Positions 13,433 to 25,678 of a stretch of 64,000 bases of DNA are shown one piece after another. The stretch spans positions 19,282,001 to 19,346,000 of the forward strand of contig NC_043022.1 in the NCBI RefSeq assembly GCF_006345805.1. The letters are read 5' to 3'. Source of the DNA: Octopus sinensis (Eukaryota). A program made the translations under genes and the position numbers. Each line of letters opens with the position of its first letter. Within the stretch, counting starts at the first letter, position 1. The notes below the pieces were generated by a model. The model searched no databases. It was given only the letters and a program-made list of their open reading frames with translations, and was not told where the DNA came from.

Positions 13433-13935
13433 GTGTGTGTGTGCGTAGGTATGCCTAATTTCAATGATAATTGTTATTATAAACTATTTTTATTAATGTT
13501 TTTCTTTTATTTAATTATCTTATATAATTAACTATTTTCTACTTCTGAACTCCCCTTCAATTCAGGTATGTAGATTCCTATTTTGTTCTGTACTGGCAGG
13601 TGTGTATATGTATCTTTATACCTGTATACATCTGTGCTTGCCGAAATGTATACACTTGTCGTTTCTGCATAAACGTATGAATTCTCGTCTGTGGAACACA
13701 AATTGGTAAAATATTCCTGAAAGTTCCAAAAAATAGAAAAGTTATGCAACTGGCTGTTATGGGAGTGGTGGGGTGAATAAGAGGAGAGGGGGCAGGTTTG
13801 CGATGGAAATAGAGGCGGGGGGGAGCCGGACGAAGTGCATTAACTCTGGCAGTGAGGCTCGGCTTGGAGTGTGCGGGTTAGGAGGCAATGGAAGTAGGCA
13901 GGCTGTTACGGGAGTGGTGTAGTATGAAAGGGGAC

Positions 13936-15431
13936 GAGCTGGCAGAATCGTTAGCACGCCGGGCGAAATGCTTAGCGGTATTTCGTCTGCCGTTACGTTG
14001 TGAGTTCAAATTCCGCCGAGGTCGACTTTGCCTTTCATCCTTTCGGGGTCGATAAATTAAGTACCAGTTACGCACTGGGGTCGATGTAATCGACTTCATC
14101 CGTTTGTCTGTCCTTGTTTGTCCTCTCTGTGTTTAGCCCCTTGTGGGTAGTAAAGAAATAGGTATTTCGTCTGCCGTTACGTTCTGAATTCAAATTCCGC
14201 CGAGGTCGACTTTGTCTTTCATCCTTTCGGGGTCGATAAATTAAATACCAGTTACGCACTGGGGTCGATGTAATCGACTTAATACCTATGTCTGCCCTTG
14301 TTTTTCCCCTCTGTGTTTAGCCCCTTGTGGGTAGTAAAGAAATAGGTATTTCGTCTGCCGTTACGTTGTGAGTTCAAATTCTGCCGAGGTCGACTCTGCC
14401 TTTCATCCTTTCGGGGTCGATAAATTAAGTACCAGTTACGCACTGGGGTCGATGTAATCGACTTAATACCTATGTCTGCCCTTGTTTTTCCCCTCTGTTT
14501 TAGCCCCTTGTGGGTAGTAAAGAAATAGGTATTTCGTCTGCCGTTACGTTGTGAGTTCAAATTCTGCCGAGGTCGACTCTGCCTTTCATCCTTTCGGGGT
14601 CGATAAATTAAATACCAGTTACGCACTGGGGTCGATGTAATCGACTTAATACCTATGTCTGCCCTTGTTTTTCCCCTCTGTGTTTAGCCCCTTGTGGGTA
14701 GTAAAGAAATAGGTATTTCGTCTGCCGTTACGTTGTGAGTTCAAATTCCGCCGAGGTCGACTCTGCCTTTCATCCTTTCGGGGTCGATAAATTAAATACC
14801 AGTTACGCACTGGGGTCGATGTAATCGACTTAATACCTATGTCTGCCCTTGTTTTTCCCCTCTGTGTTTAGCCCCTTGTGGGTAGTAAAGAAATAGGTAT
14901 TTCGTCTGCCGTTACGTTCTCAATTCAAATTCTGCCGAGGTCGACTCTGCCTTTCATCCTTTCGGGGTCGATAAATTAAATACCAGTTACGCACTGGGGT
15001 CGATGTAATCGACTTAATACCTATGTCTGCCCTTGTTTTTTCCCTCTGTGTTTAGCCCCTTGTGGGTAGTAAAGAAATAGGTATTTCGTCTGCCGTTACG
15101 TTGTGAGTTCAAATTCCGCCGAGGTCGACTCTGCCTTTCATCCTTTCGGGGTCGATAAATTAAATACCAGTTACGCACTGGGGTCGATGTAATCGACTTA
15201 ATACCTATGTCTGTCCTTGTTTGTCCTCTCTGTGTTTAGCCCCTTGTGGGTAGTAAAGAAATAGGTATTTCGTCTGCCGTTACGTTCTGAATTGAAATTC
15301 CTTTCATCCTTTCGGGGTCGATAAATTAAGTACCAGTTACGCACTGGGGGTCGATGTAATCGACTTAATACCTATGTCTGCCCTTGTTTTTCCCCTCTGT
15401 GTTTAGCCCCTTGTGGGTAATAAAGAAATAG
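13936..15431 (+). repeat. Tandem array of 8 CORE-type SINE bodies (unit about 184 bp); only the first unit has the tRNA head
   Basis: Units start at 13977, 14161, 14345, 14528, 14712, 14896, 15080 and 15264. TSD gtat(g/a)aaaggggacgag at 13922-13938 and 15432-15448. Confidence 0.9.
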
Positions 15432-15694
15432 GTATAAAAGGGGACGAGTAGGAGCAATTCCAGTGGAGTCCGACGTCGGAAGTGGGAGAAGAGAGATAGG
15501 AAAATACGAGTTTGCTCTTTTAAAATGTGATGAAACAAGAGGGCAGAACGAGGACGAACTTGGATAAAATGTTTCAAAATTGTTTTGGGTGGAATTCTGT
15601 TCTAACCATTCCATATAATTCCTCATGACATTTTTTTTCACTTTTTCTAAGTTTCCAGAAAGTTTTGCGAATTTGTATTCTATTGGCGCAGAAG

Positions 15695-15858
15695 GCCCAG
15701 GAGTGGCTGTGTGGTAAGTAGCTTGTTAACCAACCACATGGTTCCGGGTTCAGTCCCACTGCGTGGCATCTTGGGCAAGTGTCTTCTGCTATGGCCTCGG
15801 GCCGACCAATGCCTTGTGAGTGGATTTGGTAGACGGACACTGAAAGAAGCCTGTCGTA

Positions 15859-15902
<44 letters not shown>

Positions 15903-16115
15903 GTATGTTGTGTATATGTTTGTGTGTCTGTGTTTGTCCCCCTAGCATTGCTTGACAACCGATGCTGGTGTGTTTACGTCCCCGTTACTTAGCGGTTCGG
16001 CAAAAGAGACCGATAGAATAAGTACTGGGCTTACAAAGAATAAGTCCCAGGGTCGACTAAAGGCGGTGCTCCAGCATGGCCGCAGTCAAATGACTGAAAC
16101 AAGTAAAAGAGAGTA
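15695..16115 (+). mobile_element. Representative of the most abundant tRNA-derived SINE, which has an internal (TA)n(TG)n tract. About 25 copies, e.g. 1245-1545(-), 2280-2690(-), 3915-4215(+), 7640-8040(-), 16513-16850(+), 17085-17480(+), 18921-19230(+), 32440-32915(+), 42370-42755(+), 50754-51150(+), 58535-58918(-)
   Basis: Head ggcgcaggagtggctgtgtggtaag..ggttccgggttcagtccc and tail ..tgactgaaacaagtaaaag. Confidence 0.85.
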
Positions 16116-17241
16116 AAAGAGTAAGAGTATTGGATCACCAATATTCAACACACAGGAATTCATATTACAGTGAAAAATAAATTTGTTTTGAATTTTTCGA
16201 ATTCATATTGCTTTAAATCACATTTTAAAATATGGACAGTCCAGATTTTTGGCTTAAATTCCAGTAATTGACCATCAAATGTGTTTATGGGGAGAATGAT
16301 ATTGAAAAAAATCAATACACCAGAGTGACAAACAAGGAGGGCGTCAGGTGGTCGTGAGATGTGCTAAAAACAACAGTCAAATTACCCCTAATCACACGCA
16401 AAATATTTTTCCTTTTGCTTTTGCATTTTTGTATGAACTTTCGTGTAAGGAGCACAAATTCGTAAAAGATTTCAGAAAATCCCCCAAAACAGAAAAAAAT
16501 ATGAGGGGTTATAGGCGCAGGAGTGGCTGTGTGGTAAGTAGCTTGTTTACCAACCACATGGTTCCGGGTTCAGTCCCACTGCGTGGCATCTTGGGCAAGT
16601 GTCTTCTACTATAGCCTCGGGCCGACCAAAGCCTTGTGAGTGGATTTGGTAAACGGAAACTGAAAGAAGCCTGTCGTATATATATATGTGTGTGTATATG
16701 TTTGTGTGTCTGTGTTTGTCCCCCTAGCATTGCTTGACAACCGATGCTGGTGTGTTTATGTCCCCGTTACTTAGCTTACAACTGGGCTTACAAAAGAATA
16801 AGTCCAGCATGGCCGCAGTCAAATGACTAAAACAAGTAAAAGAGTAAAGAGTAAAGAGTTATATGGAATGATTAAAGCAGAATTTTGCTATCATTTAGCC
16901 ATGAGGGTCTCTTGGTCAATCGCTGCATGGCCTTAAAACATTTTTTATTTAATTTTCTTTTTATCCAAAACACCAACGTTAAATCTAACCAGGCCATCAT
17001 GGGCAAGTGAGAGAAATGTGTTTGCCATCCAAGGATAGAAAGTTGGGTGGAAAATGAATAGGGTATTTATGATGGAATGTGAACAGGAGCGGCTGTGTGG
17101 TTAGTAGCTTGCTAACCAACCACATGGTTCCGGGTTCAGTCCCACTGCGTGGCATCTTGGGCAAGTGTCTTCTGCTATAGCTCCGGGCTGACCAATGCCT
17201 TGTGAGTGGATTTGGTAGACGGAAACTGAAAGAAGCCTGTC

Positions 17242-17279
<38 letters not shown>

Positions 17280-17905
17280 TTGTATGTCTGTGTTTGTCTC
17301 CCTAGTATTGCTTGACAACCGATGCTGGTGTGTTTACATCCCCGTTACTTAGCGGTTCGGCAAAAGAGACCGATAGAATAAGTACTGGGCTTACAAAGAA
17401 TAAGTCCCGGGGTCGATTTGCTCGACTAAAGGCGGTGCTCCAGCATGGCCGCAGTCGAATGACTGAAACAAGTAAAAAGAGAGAAAGAGAGAAATGTTGA
17501 AAGTAATGTTGTGTGTGTGTGTGTGTGTGTGCAAGAATCTAAAACAGCGAAAGTGTAAAAAAAGAACAGTAGGAATACCAAAACACTGAGAGAGGTAAAA
17601 AAAGAAGAAAAGAAAAAAAAAAAAACTGGAAGCAAACAAAAAAATAAAAAAAAGGCAAAAACAATGCTTAAACACAATTAAATTATTGAACAGGCATTCG
17701 AATGAGAAAGCATAAAGATATAAAAAATATTTTGCATATATATATATATATATATATAAAAAGCAATAAAGATTCAAGTTAATTTAAATGAATTTACTTG
17801 AATATGGTACCTAACTTAGATGCACCAAAAAAAACTATACTGTTTTAACAATACAGTAATGTGGGGTGATTATAAGCGAGAAAGAAGCAACAAGAATGGA
17901 TAGGT

Positions 17906-17996
17906 TTTTAGTACAATCGTTTCATACAAAGACAGGCTTTATTAAAAGTTGTAAAAATTACAGCATATAAACGTGTCCCGTACTCATCAGCTAAAA
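17906..17996 (-). ncRNA. Type-I hammerhead ribozyme motif (inverted twin of 18507-18597)
   Basis: Reverse-complement copy with an intact core. Confidence 0.8.
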
Positions 17997-18506
17997 TACA
18001 TGTGAGTTCTCTAGACATCCTAGTGGTTGAGGCTATACTCATGAAGTAATGAAGATAATTAAGTAACATAAACATAAACAGATATCCAAAGTTCTTTAAA
18101 GATGATGTACAGTCTTATCACAGAATTTTAAAAAAGTTTTAATAGCAACCCAGAGAAGGTGACCTAATCCATAGTGCACATATGAATTTCCAGAGATATG
18201 ATGAGGGATTACATACTCACAGAAGACAAATTTATCCATTGTTAATCACAACGAGGTGGGTCTCAATTCCTGCTTATTAGCATTACAGAGAGGGTGAATT
18301 AATCCTTTGTATAGATGCACAATTTCCAATGGAATAGATGTAAATTTCCAGAGAAATGAAGAGGAATTTCATATTCACAGGCGATAAATTTATCAATGGT
18401 TGAACACAATGAGGTAGGTATCAGTTTATGTTTATGTTACTTAATTATCTTCATTACTTCATGAGTATAGCCTCAACCACTAGGATGTTTAGAGAACTCA
18501 CATGTA

Positions 18507-18597
18507 TTTTAGCTGATGAGTACGGGACACGTTTATATGCTGTAATTTTTACAACTTTTAATAAAGCCTGTCCTTGTATGAAACGATTGTACTAAAA
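18507..18597 (+). ncRNA. Type-I hammerhead ribozyme motif with extended stem II
   Basis: ttttag-CTGATGA-GTAC GGGACA...TGTCCT TGTAT-GAAA-C GATT GT-A-ctaaaa. Stem I is 6 bp and perfect, and all core residues are intact. Confidence 0.8.
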
Positions 18598-18627
18598 ACC
18601 TATCCATTCTTGTTGCTTCTTTCTCGC

Positions 18628-18667
<40 letters not shown>

Positions 18668-18795
18668 TATATATATAATATATTTATATATACCGGAGTA
18701 AACACATAATGTGAAACAAGGTGGAAAAAAGAGTACTCAAATACCAGTGGTAGAGTAATATGCTTTATTTTAAGCAGCAGAAAATTCAACAAAAT

Positions 18796-18831
18796 CTGTT
18801 ACTCTGAGTTTCTCGTTGCCGTTCATCAGAC
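18796..18831 (-). ncRNA. Minimal hammerhead motif at the centre of a perfect fold-back; degenerate copy at 35981-36012
   Basis: gt-CTGATGA-A-CG GCAA CG-A-GAAA-CTC A GAGT-A-acag. Confidence 0.5.
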
Positions 18832-19092
18832 GAACGGCAACGAGAAACTCAGAGTAACAGATTTTGTTGAATTTTCTGCTGCTTAAAATAAGTATATATA
18901 TATATATATATATGTATATAGGCGCAGGAGTGGCTGTGTGGTAGGTAGCTTGCTAACCAACCACATGGTTCCGGGTTCAGCCCCACTGCGCAGCATCTTG
19001 GACAAGTGTCTTCTGCTATAGCCTCGGGCCGACCAATGCCTTGTGAGTGGATTTGCTAGACGGAAACTGAAAGAAGCCCGTCGTATATATGT

Positions 19093-19133
<41 letters not shown>

Positions 19134-19498
19134 TTGTATGTCTGTGTTTGTCCCCCTAGCATTGCTTGACAACCGATGCTGGTGTGTTTACGTCCCTGTC
19201 AATTAGCGGTTCGGCAAAAAGAGACCGAGTATATACATATGCACACACACACATATAAAGAATATGAAGGGTTTATTTCCCTGGTGGTCTAAACGGATAT
19301 ACTGAGTAAGTGCTATAACTGGTTACCCGTTAGGTTCCAAGTTCACTGCTTAAGCTGGAGCTGAGGATCCGTATTAGGCTTCCGAGTTAGGAGGTATATA
19401 TATCATATTAGAGAAATAAAAGGTTTTGTTGTTCTTTTCCGTTTTCCTTTTTTGGGTTTTGTCTTTCTTCCCTCTGATATAGATGTCTGTCTATCTGT

Positions 19499-19608
<110 letters not shown>

Positions 19609-22028
19609 ATAATTATATATGTATAGTGTGGGGTGTAAACAAGATATTAATTGAGCATGAAGTTGATATATCATGGTTAATATCATGGTTACTGCTGAGC
19701 TGGCAGTAACGTTAGCACGCCGGGCGAAATACTTGCTTGACAACCGATGCTGGTGTGTTTACGTCCCCGTCAATTAGCGGTTCGGCAAAAGGGACCGATA
19801 GAATAAGTACTGGGCTTACAAAGAATAAGTCCCGGGGTCGATTTGCTCGACTAAAGGTGGTGCTCCAGCATGGCCGCAGTCAAATGACTGAAACAAGTAA
19901 AAGAGTAAAGAGTAAAGAGTATATACATATGCACACACACACACACACACATATAAAGAATATGAAGGGTTTAGTTCACTGGTGATCAAAACGGATATAC
20001 TGAGTAAGTGCTATAAGTGGTTACCCGTTAGGTTCCAAGTTCACTGCTTAAGCTGGAGCTGAGGATCCGACTAAAGGCGGTGCTCCCGCATGGCCGCAGT
20101 CAAATGACTGAAACAAGTAAAAAGAGTAAAAGATATATGATGGTTTAAATGGAATTCTACTTACCTGTGCTTGTGTTTCTTTATGTTTATTTTGTTCATC
20201 TGTCTCCTTCGTTGCTATGCTGTTGAATGCGTGGGTGAGATTTCGGTGCTGCTGGTTTAGATGCCGTTATATATTTACTGTGTAGTCAGATTATTAAAAA
20301 ATAATAAATTGAAATAAATTCGACCGTATATAGATTTACTTTCAGAGCAATGTTCTAGTAAATCACAAACCTCTTTCTATTGTAAGTATAAATTATTTTG
20401 CATCTGTCTGACCTCATTTAAGGCTGCATGTTGTGACTCTGATGGGTCTTCTACTGCGATATCAATAGATTGCTCGAGCACAGTGGGACAGACGATACTC
20501 AGATGAAGTGGGTAGGTGTGTGTGTGAAGTGGTTGAATTGATATGCAGCGGTTTTATGTTTACCGAAGAATTTCTTTTAGAATTTTTTCGCTCTCATTAT
20601 TTTAAATCGTCAACAAATAACTTAAAGGACTATGGTAACTGTATGAAGGGGAGTTGGCATTATTAATCAAAGTTTGTCATCAAAATATGACAGCAGAGAA
20701 AGAGTAATATCTTGACCCCAAAACCATTCTACGTCTTTAGAAATGTTCTTCTGTTTAGCTGAGTCTCTCAGATTTCTTCTTGCTGACATAATAAATTGCA
20801 TCTATGAATGCAAGTATAAAGTTACAAAACATTTTCAAAAATATCAAGAATGACTTGGGATAAAAGAACAGTTGAAATGGGTACTGCTGAAAATTTTTGC
20901 ATCTGCACTTTGTGGAGGGTGAACATTGGGACGAAATTCTAATGTATAAGTAGATGATATCCCCAATTTTTTAAAAACTGTTACTACTGAAACGATACTT
21001 GGCATTGTATCATAAATTGATCCCCATAATTGAAAAAGAAATCTACATCAAATTTCTGATTCCACATAAATTCAGAAGGGACGGTCATAGGCTTCGAGTT
21101 TGGACCTAGGAAACTGAAGATATAAAGTTATTTCGGAAAAGGATTTCAGTTGGACAGCTGGGTTGAGATTGTATTTCTATCTTCGGAACTGTTGACCGGT
21201 CAACATTGCTTAAGGATCTCCATAGCATCACTTTTGTGAAGTTCATTGAACTGAATTTTATATGCTTTATTTCCAAATATTAATATTTAATAATAAATAA
21301 AACAAACTGAATAATTTCTTTTGAAACTGCTTTTATTCTTATATTTCATTATCAAGTTGAAAAATATGAGAAATTATTGAATTATGTAATATATTATTCA
21401 AATTGTTTTGGTGATGATATCACTGACTGAAAGAAAAGAAAATATAATTCTGAAATTCAAAGAAGATAAAAGAAAAAAAGCAAGAATAATTTGCTAAATA
21501 TAGGTACAGGTGTGTTTGCGTGGTAAGAAGCTTGCTCACCCAAAATCTTGGTTCTGGGTTCAGTCCTGCTCTGTGGCAACTTTGACAAGTGTCTTTTAGT
21601 AAGCCTTGGGCTGACCAAAGCCTTGTGAGTGGATTTGGTAGACAAACACTGAAAGAAGCCCATGTGTGTGTTTATATATATGTGTGTGTGCACGTTGTGT
21701 GTTTGTGTCTATCTGTCTGTGTTTGTTTCCACACCAGTTTTAATTTGGTTACGTCTCTGTAACTTAGCATTTAAGCAGAATAGAGTAATGGAATATATAT
21801 TACGACTAGAAAAAAGTTCGGGGGACACCTTTCTTCACATGCAATCCTTCACAGTAGGGCACCAGCCTGGCCGCATCTAACGACTGAAACAAGCAGAAGA
21901 GAAAAGATTGACATTTTATATGCGTTTATATTTGATAGATTGTGCGTAAGGTTGTTCAATACAGGTTCACAAGAGAGGCTGAGGAGGTGTGTCTTTTTTC
22001 CATCTATTGTATGACATAAACAACACTA

Positions 22029-22251
22029 CTATCTTCTCCAGATGCTGTTGATTAATGGATTTGAATCTATGTGTTCATAACAATCTTCGTAGTTTTGCTT
22101 TTGGAAGCAGAATTCTTGTCCAGGTTTGTGGATATAACTTGAATTGGTGTCTTGCATGGAGCAACACTTATTATCTTCAGCAGGGACATTGCATACCGAT
22201 ATAGAATTTTTACTTGCGTTTTGTCTGAGGATCAGGTATCTACAAAAGATA
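22029..22251 (-). CDS. Possible terminal exon (YLILRQNASK...NYEDCYEHIDSNPLINSIWRR*), linkage to P2 not established
   Basis: Acceptor atcttttgtag and an open, non-repetitive frame ending in a stop. No connecting exon was found. Confidence 0.3.
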
Positions 22252-22319
22252 ATACATGAGTCTGTATGCATGTAGGATTCGATATCATTTGAATACAAAC
22301 ACTCGAAACCTTACACAAC

Positions 22320-22780
22320 TTAACCCGCAAGCTAAGGATATTTGGAAAATTGAAAAATATAACTTAGAAGATTAAACTGAACATTACAAACCTAAAATGC
22401 CTAGAATTAATCTTAAGATCCATTAACTCGACTTTTACACTAACCCTTCTCTTAAACTCATTTGCCCCTCTAAATCGGACCTTTGTAGGATAAGTGAGCG
22501 TATCACAGATAAGTACATACCCACACTTAGGAATGTCATTCAGCTTAAATTATGGTCTAGTTCATATGAGGTAATCGACTGGTTCACTAAACTATCAGAT
22601 AAAAAGAAAGTAAGGTTCAAGCAAATAGACATAACTCACTATTATATCTCAATAAACCCTACCCTTTTAAATAAGGCACTTATGTTTACTAAGAAAACCC
22701 TAGGACTAACAAGAGCAGAGGTAGACATTATTCTAGTGGTGAGGAAATCAGTTATCAAATTCAAGGGGAAGTACTGGGCA
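22320..22780 (+). mobile_element. PLE RT fragment (KVRFKQIDITHYYISINPTLLNKAL..VDIILVVRKSVIKFKGKYW)
   Basis: Matches the PLE RT motif-A region. Homologous to 27900-28050. Confidence 0.7.
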
Positions 22781-23534
22781 CCTTCACTCTCCCTACTACA
22801 TGAAGATAGAATTCACTTTCATGAAGTTGTTACTGTTCTTTTTTGCATGGATTATCATTGATACAAATGATTTCTCTTTCCATCGTGATTGTAAATTGAA
22901 CTCTTTACTTCCTGTGCTATAACACAGTGCAATAAGGAAATGCATGAACCTTGTTTATATTCATTTTCAGGGAAATGAAGAAGTCTTTAATGTAAACTAA
23001 CTCTAATCCCTACTTCAATCATTCATTTCTGTTCTGTCACAGATTCACAACAGCACTGGCCCCTCCCCCTATTATAAAACCATGTTTCAGAGGCATCAGC
23101 TGGTTTCCATAACTAACAAACCGTCACAGAATGGGATTCAGATTTTCAATTCTTGAAATTAAGTGGGTACCCTTCCGATCACACCCAGAGAATAATTACA
23201 AAGTTTCTATCAAATTAACTCTCAGGGCATTGGTTTTGCTGGTTGGCCCAGGGCTAAAATATAAGACATGCCGAAGGTATCATGAAGTGGGACTGAACTC
23301 AAAACCTTGTGGTTGTAAAAGGTTTAGAAAAAAAAACTATGTGATAAGATATGAGGAAAAATAGTAATTACCTATTTTCAGGACGAGAATTGTTTCATTA
23401 GAATTAAATTTCTATATAAAATAAAGGAAAGGTTTCATTAAAAGTCAATAAAGATCTCCTTAATACGCACGAACATAATTATTGATTTGAGAACGCTATA
23501 TATACATACATATGTGTGTGTGTTATATATATAT

Positions 23535-23565
<31 letters not shown>

Positions 23566-23853
23566 GTATATATATTATATATGTATATATATATATATGT
23601 ATATATAGTATATATATATATTATATATATATAGATATATATATATATGTATTATAGATATATAGTATATATATATATATATGTATATATATATGATATA
23701 TATATATCTATATATATACTATATATATGTATATATATATATAATATAGTCAATTAAAAAAAACAGAGAAAAAAGAAAGAAAAAACAAACAAACGCGACG
23801 ACGTTGTACAAGCATTGTATTAATAAGATGTTCAGAGAAAGAAAAGAGTAGTA

Positions 23854-23888
23854 GTCTTACATTTCGAGCGTAGCTCTTCTTCAGAAAC
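23854..23888 (-). ncRNA. Minimal type-I hammerhead motif; family copies at 24193-24229, 45221-45255 and 47898-47937 (all minus)
   Basis: CTGAAGA-A-GAGC-TAC-GCTC-GAAA-TGT-A. The other copies have a palindromic ACGT stem III and compensatory stem I changes. Confidence 0.6.
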
Positions 23889-24377
23889 AGGAAAAACAAA
23901 GAATGTTCAAGAAGAAAGAGGAAAAAATGCCAACAATCACTTGCTGTTACATATCCATATACAAGTGTGTGTGCGCGTACATACACACACTTACACACAC
24001 GTTTACACCCAGACACAGACATACGCGCACACGCACATTATAGGTATATATATATATATATATAATCCTATCTGTGCGTGTCGCGTATGTCTGTTGATAA
24101 GGGAAAGTATACGAAAATTAACAAAAGACGAAGCGCAGGTGGTTACAAACAAAACACAAATGTATTAGTATAACGTTCAGGAATAGAAAAAGTCTTTACG
24201 TTTCGAGCCTACGCCCTTCTACAGAAAGATCTCAGAAAAAGACAAGGAGAGAAACCAGGAGATAAAAAATTGTATGTAGTATATATATATACGAGAGAGA
24301 GATGATTCTCTTTTCACTATGTATAGATATATATAGATATATATATATATATATCTCATACACACGGCAATATTATA

Positions 24378-24500
24378 ATGGGGTCGAGCGATTCGGTGCA
24401 AGTTACCGATTGAGTTGTTTTTATATTTTTATGCATACATATAAATTTCCTTTTTTAGGAAGTGGATTATATAGAGTGATGCTCTTTCACTGTATATATA
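24378..24500 (+). mobile_element. Short PLE RT fragment around the GLYRDD region
   Basis: Near-identical to 28085-28205. Confidence 0.7.
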
Positions 24501-24512
24501 TAATATATATAG

Positions 24513-24548
<36 letters not shown>

Positions 24549-25578
24549 TCATACACACGGCAAGCTGCTTTCAGTTTCCGTCTACCAAATACACTCACAC
24601 AGCTGGAGGTTATTATTGAACACTTGACCATTTGGTTGGGAAGTAAACTTCTTACCGCCTAGCCATGTGTGGTAAGAAGTTTAATGATGATGAGGATGAT
24701 GATGAGGCCCACACATGTCTATGTGTGGGCCTCATCATCATGTAGTGTCAGATTTGCAAGCTGACACGGGTTTCCTGTTTTGAGAATATATATAAACATA
24801 TGTGTGTCTGTGTGTGTTAAATATTATCAACGACGTAACATTTGATTATTTTATTTAAAAACTTCTCCTTGGCTTCCAACGAAATTTCCACTAAATGATA
24901 GCAACATACACACATGTCCGCGATGTGTAAAAAGTGTGAGATTTTGCACAAGTATAAACAAACTGTGGTCATTTGCAAGTTTGTTGTGGCCTCTCCCCTC
25001 TCAATAATTACAATCCCATTTCCCCACTTTGAGTTTCAAATATTCTAAACCTTCAAACCATTATATTTAACTTTGCACATTGTTCTGTAATGGAAAGTTC
25101 AGACGATTTCATTGTTGATTCCTGGACATTGAAAAAATCACTTCTTGATTAGATTTCAGTTGTTCATTACGTTATCTACTCAACCAGTTTATGTCTGCAT
25201 ATATGCGATGAATATATGTGTGTATATACGTGTGTGTATATATGTGTATGTCTTTATGTGTTCGGGTTGTCTGTTTGTACGGATGTTGATGTCTGACATT
25301 TAAAAAAAAAATAAAAAACATTTACCTCTTTTCATGCTAACCTTCTCAACACTGCCTTTCGTTCTATGATACAAATTCCCTGTTTAAAGTGAGCTAAATT
25401 AAAACCTTCCATCAAAATTCCATGTAAAGTTTTGTCGCAAACACCATCTTAATAATGGCAAAGCTATTTTACGAAATTCTTCCTTACTTTCGAAACTAAT
25501 TGAAACAAAGACAAAGTATTTCAACAGAAATATGGTAAGAAACGGGTTGAACGAGACAAGTTCAGATACACCAAATAC

Positions 25579-25678
25579 CTTTTGTTATTCGAGAGAATCC
25601 TGCCACCGAGGAATTGTGAGTGCTGCTGTCTTCGTTTCTATTGAATTTATACTCTGTGTAATTGCTGATCATACTTAT
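25579..25678 (-). CDS. P2 exon 9: [34 protein letters not shown]
   Basis: Acceptor catttcag, donor GTATTT, 100 nt, phase 0 to 1. Confidence 0.7.

Noticed and set aside
13936-15431. Regularly spaced repeats as a CRISPR array
   Set aside because: The units are near-identical 184-bp SINE bodies with no unique spacers, the context is eukaryotic, and there are no cas genes.
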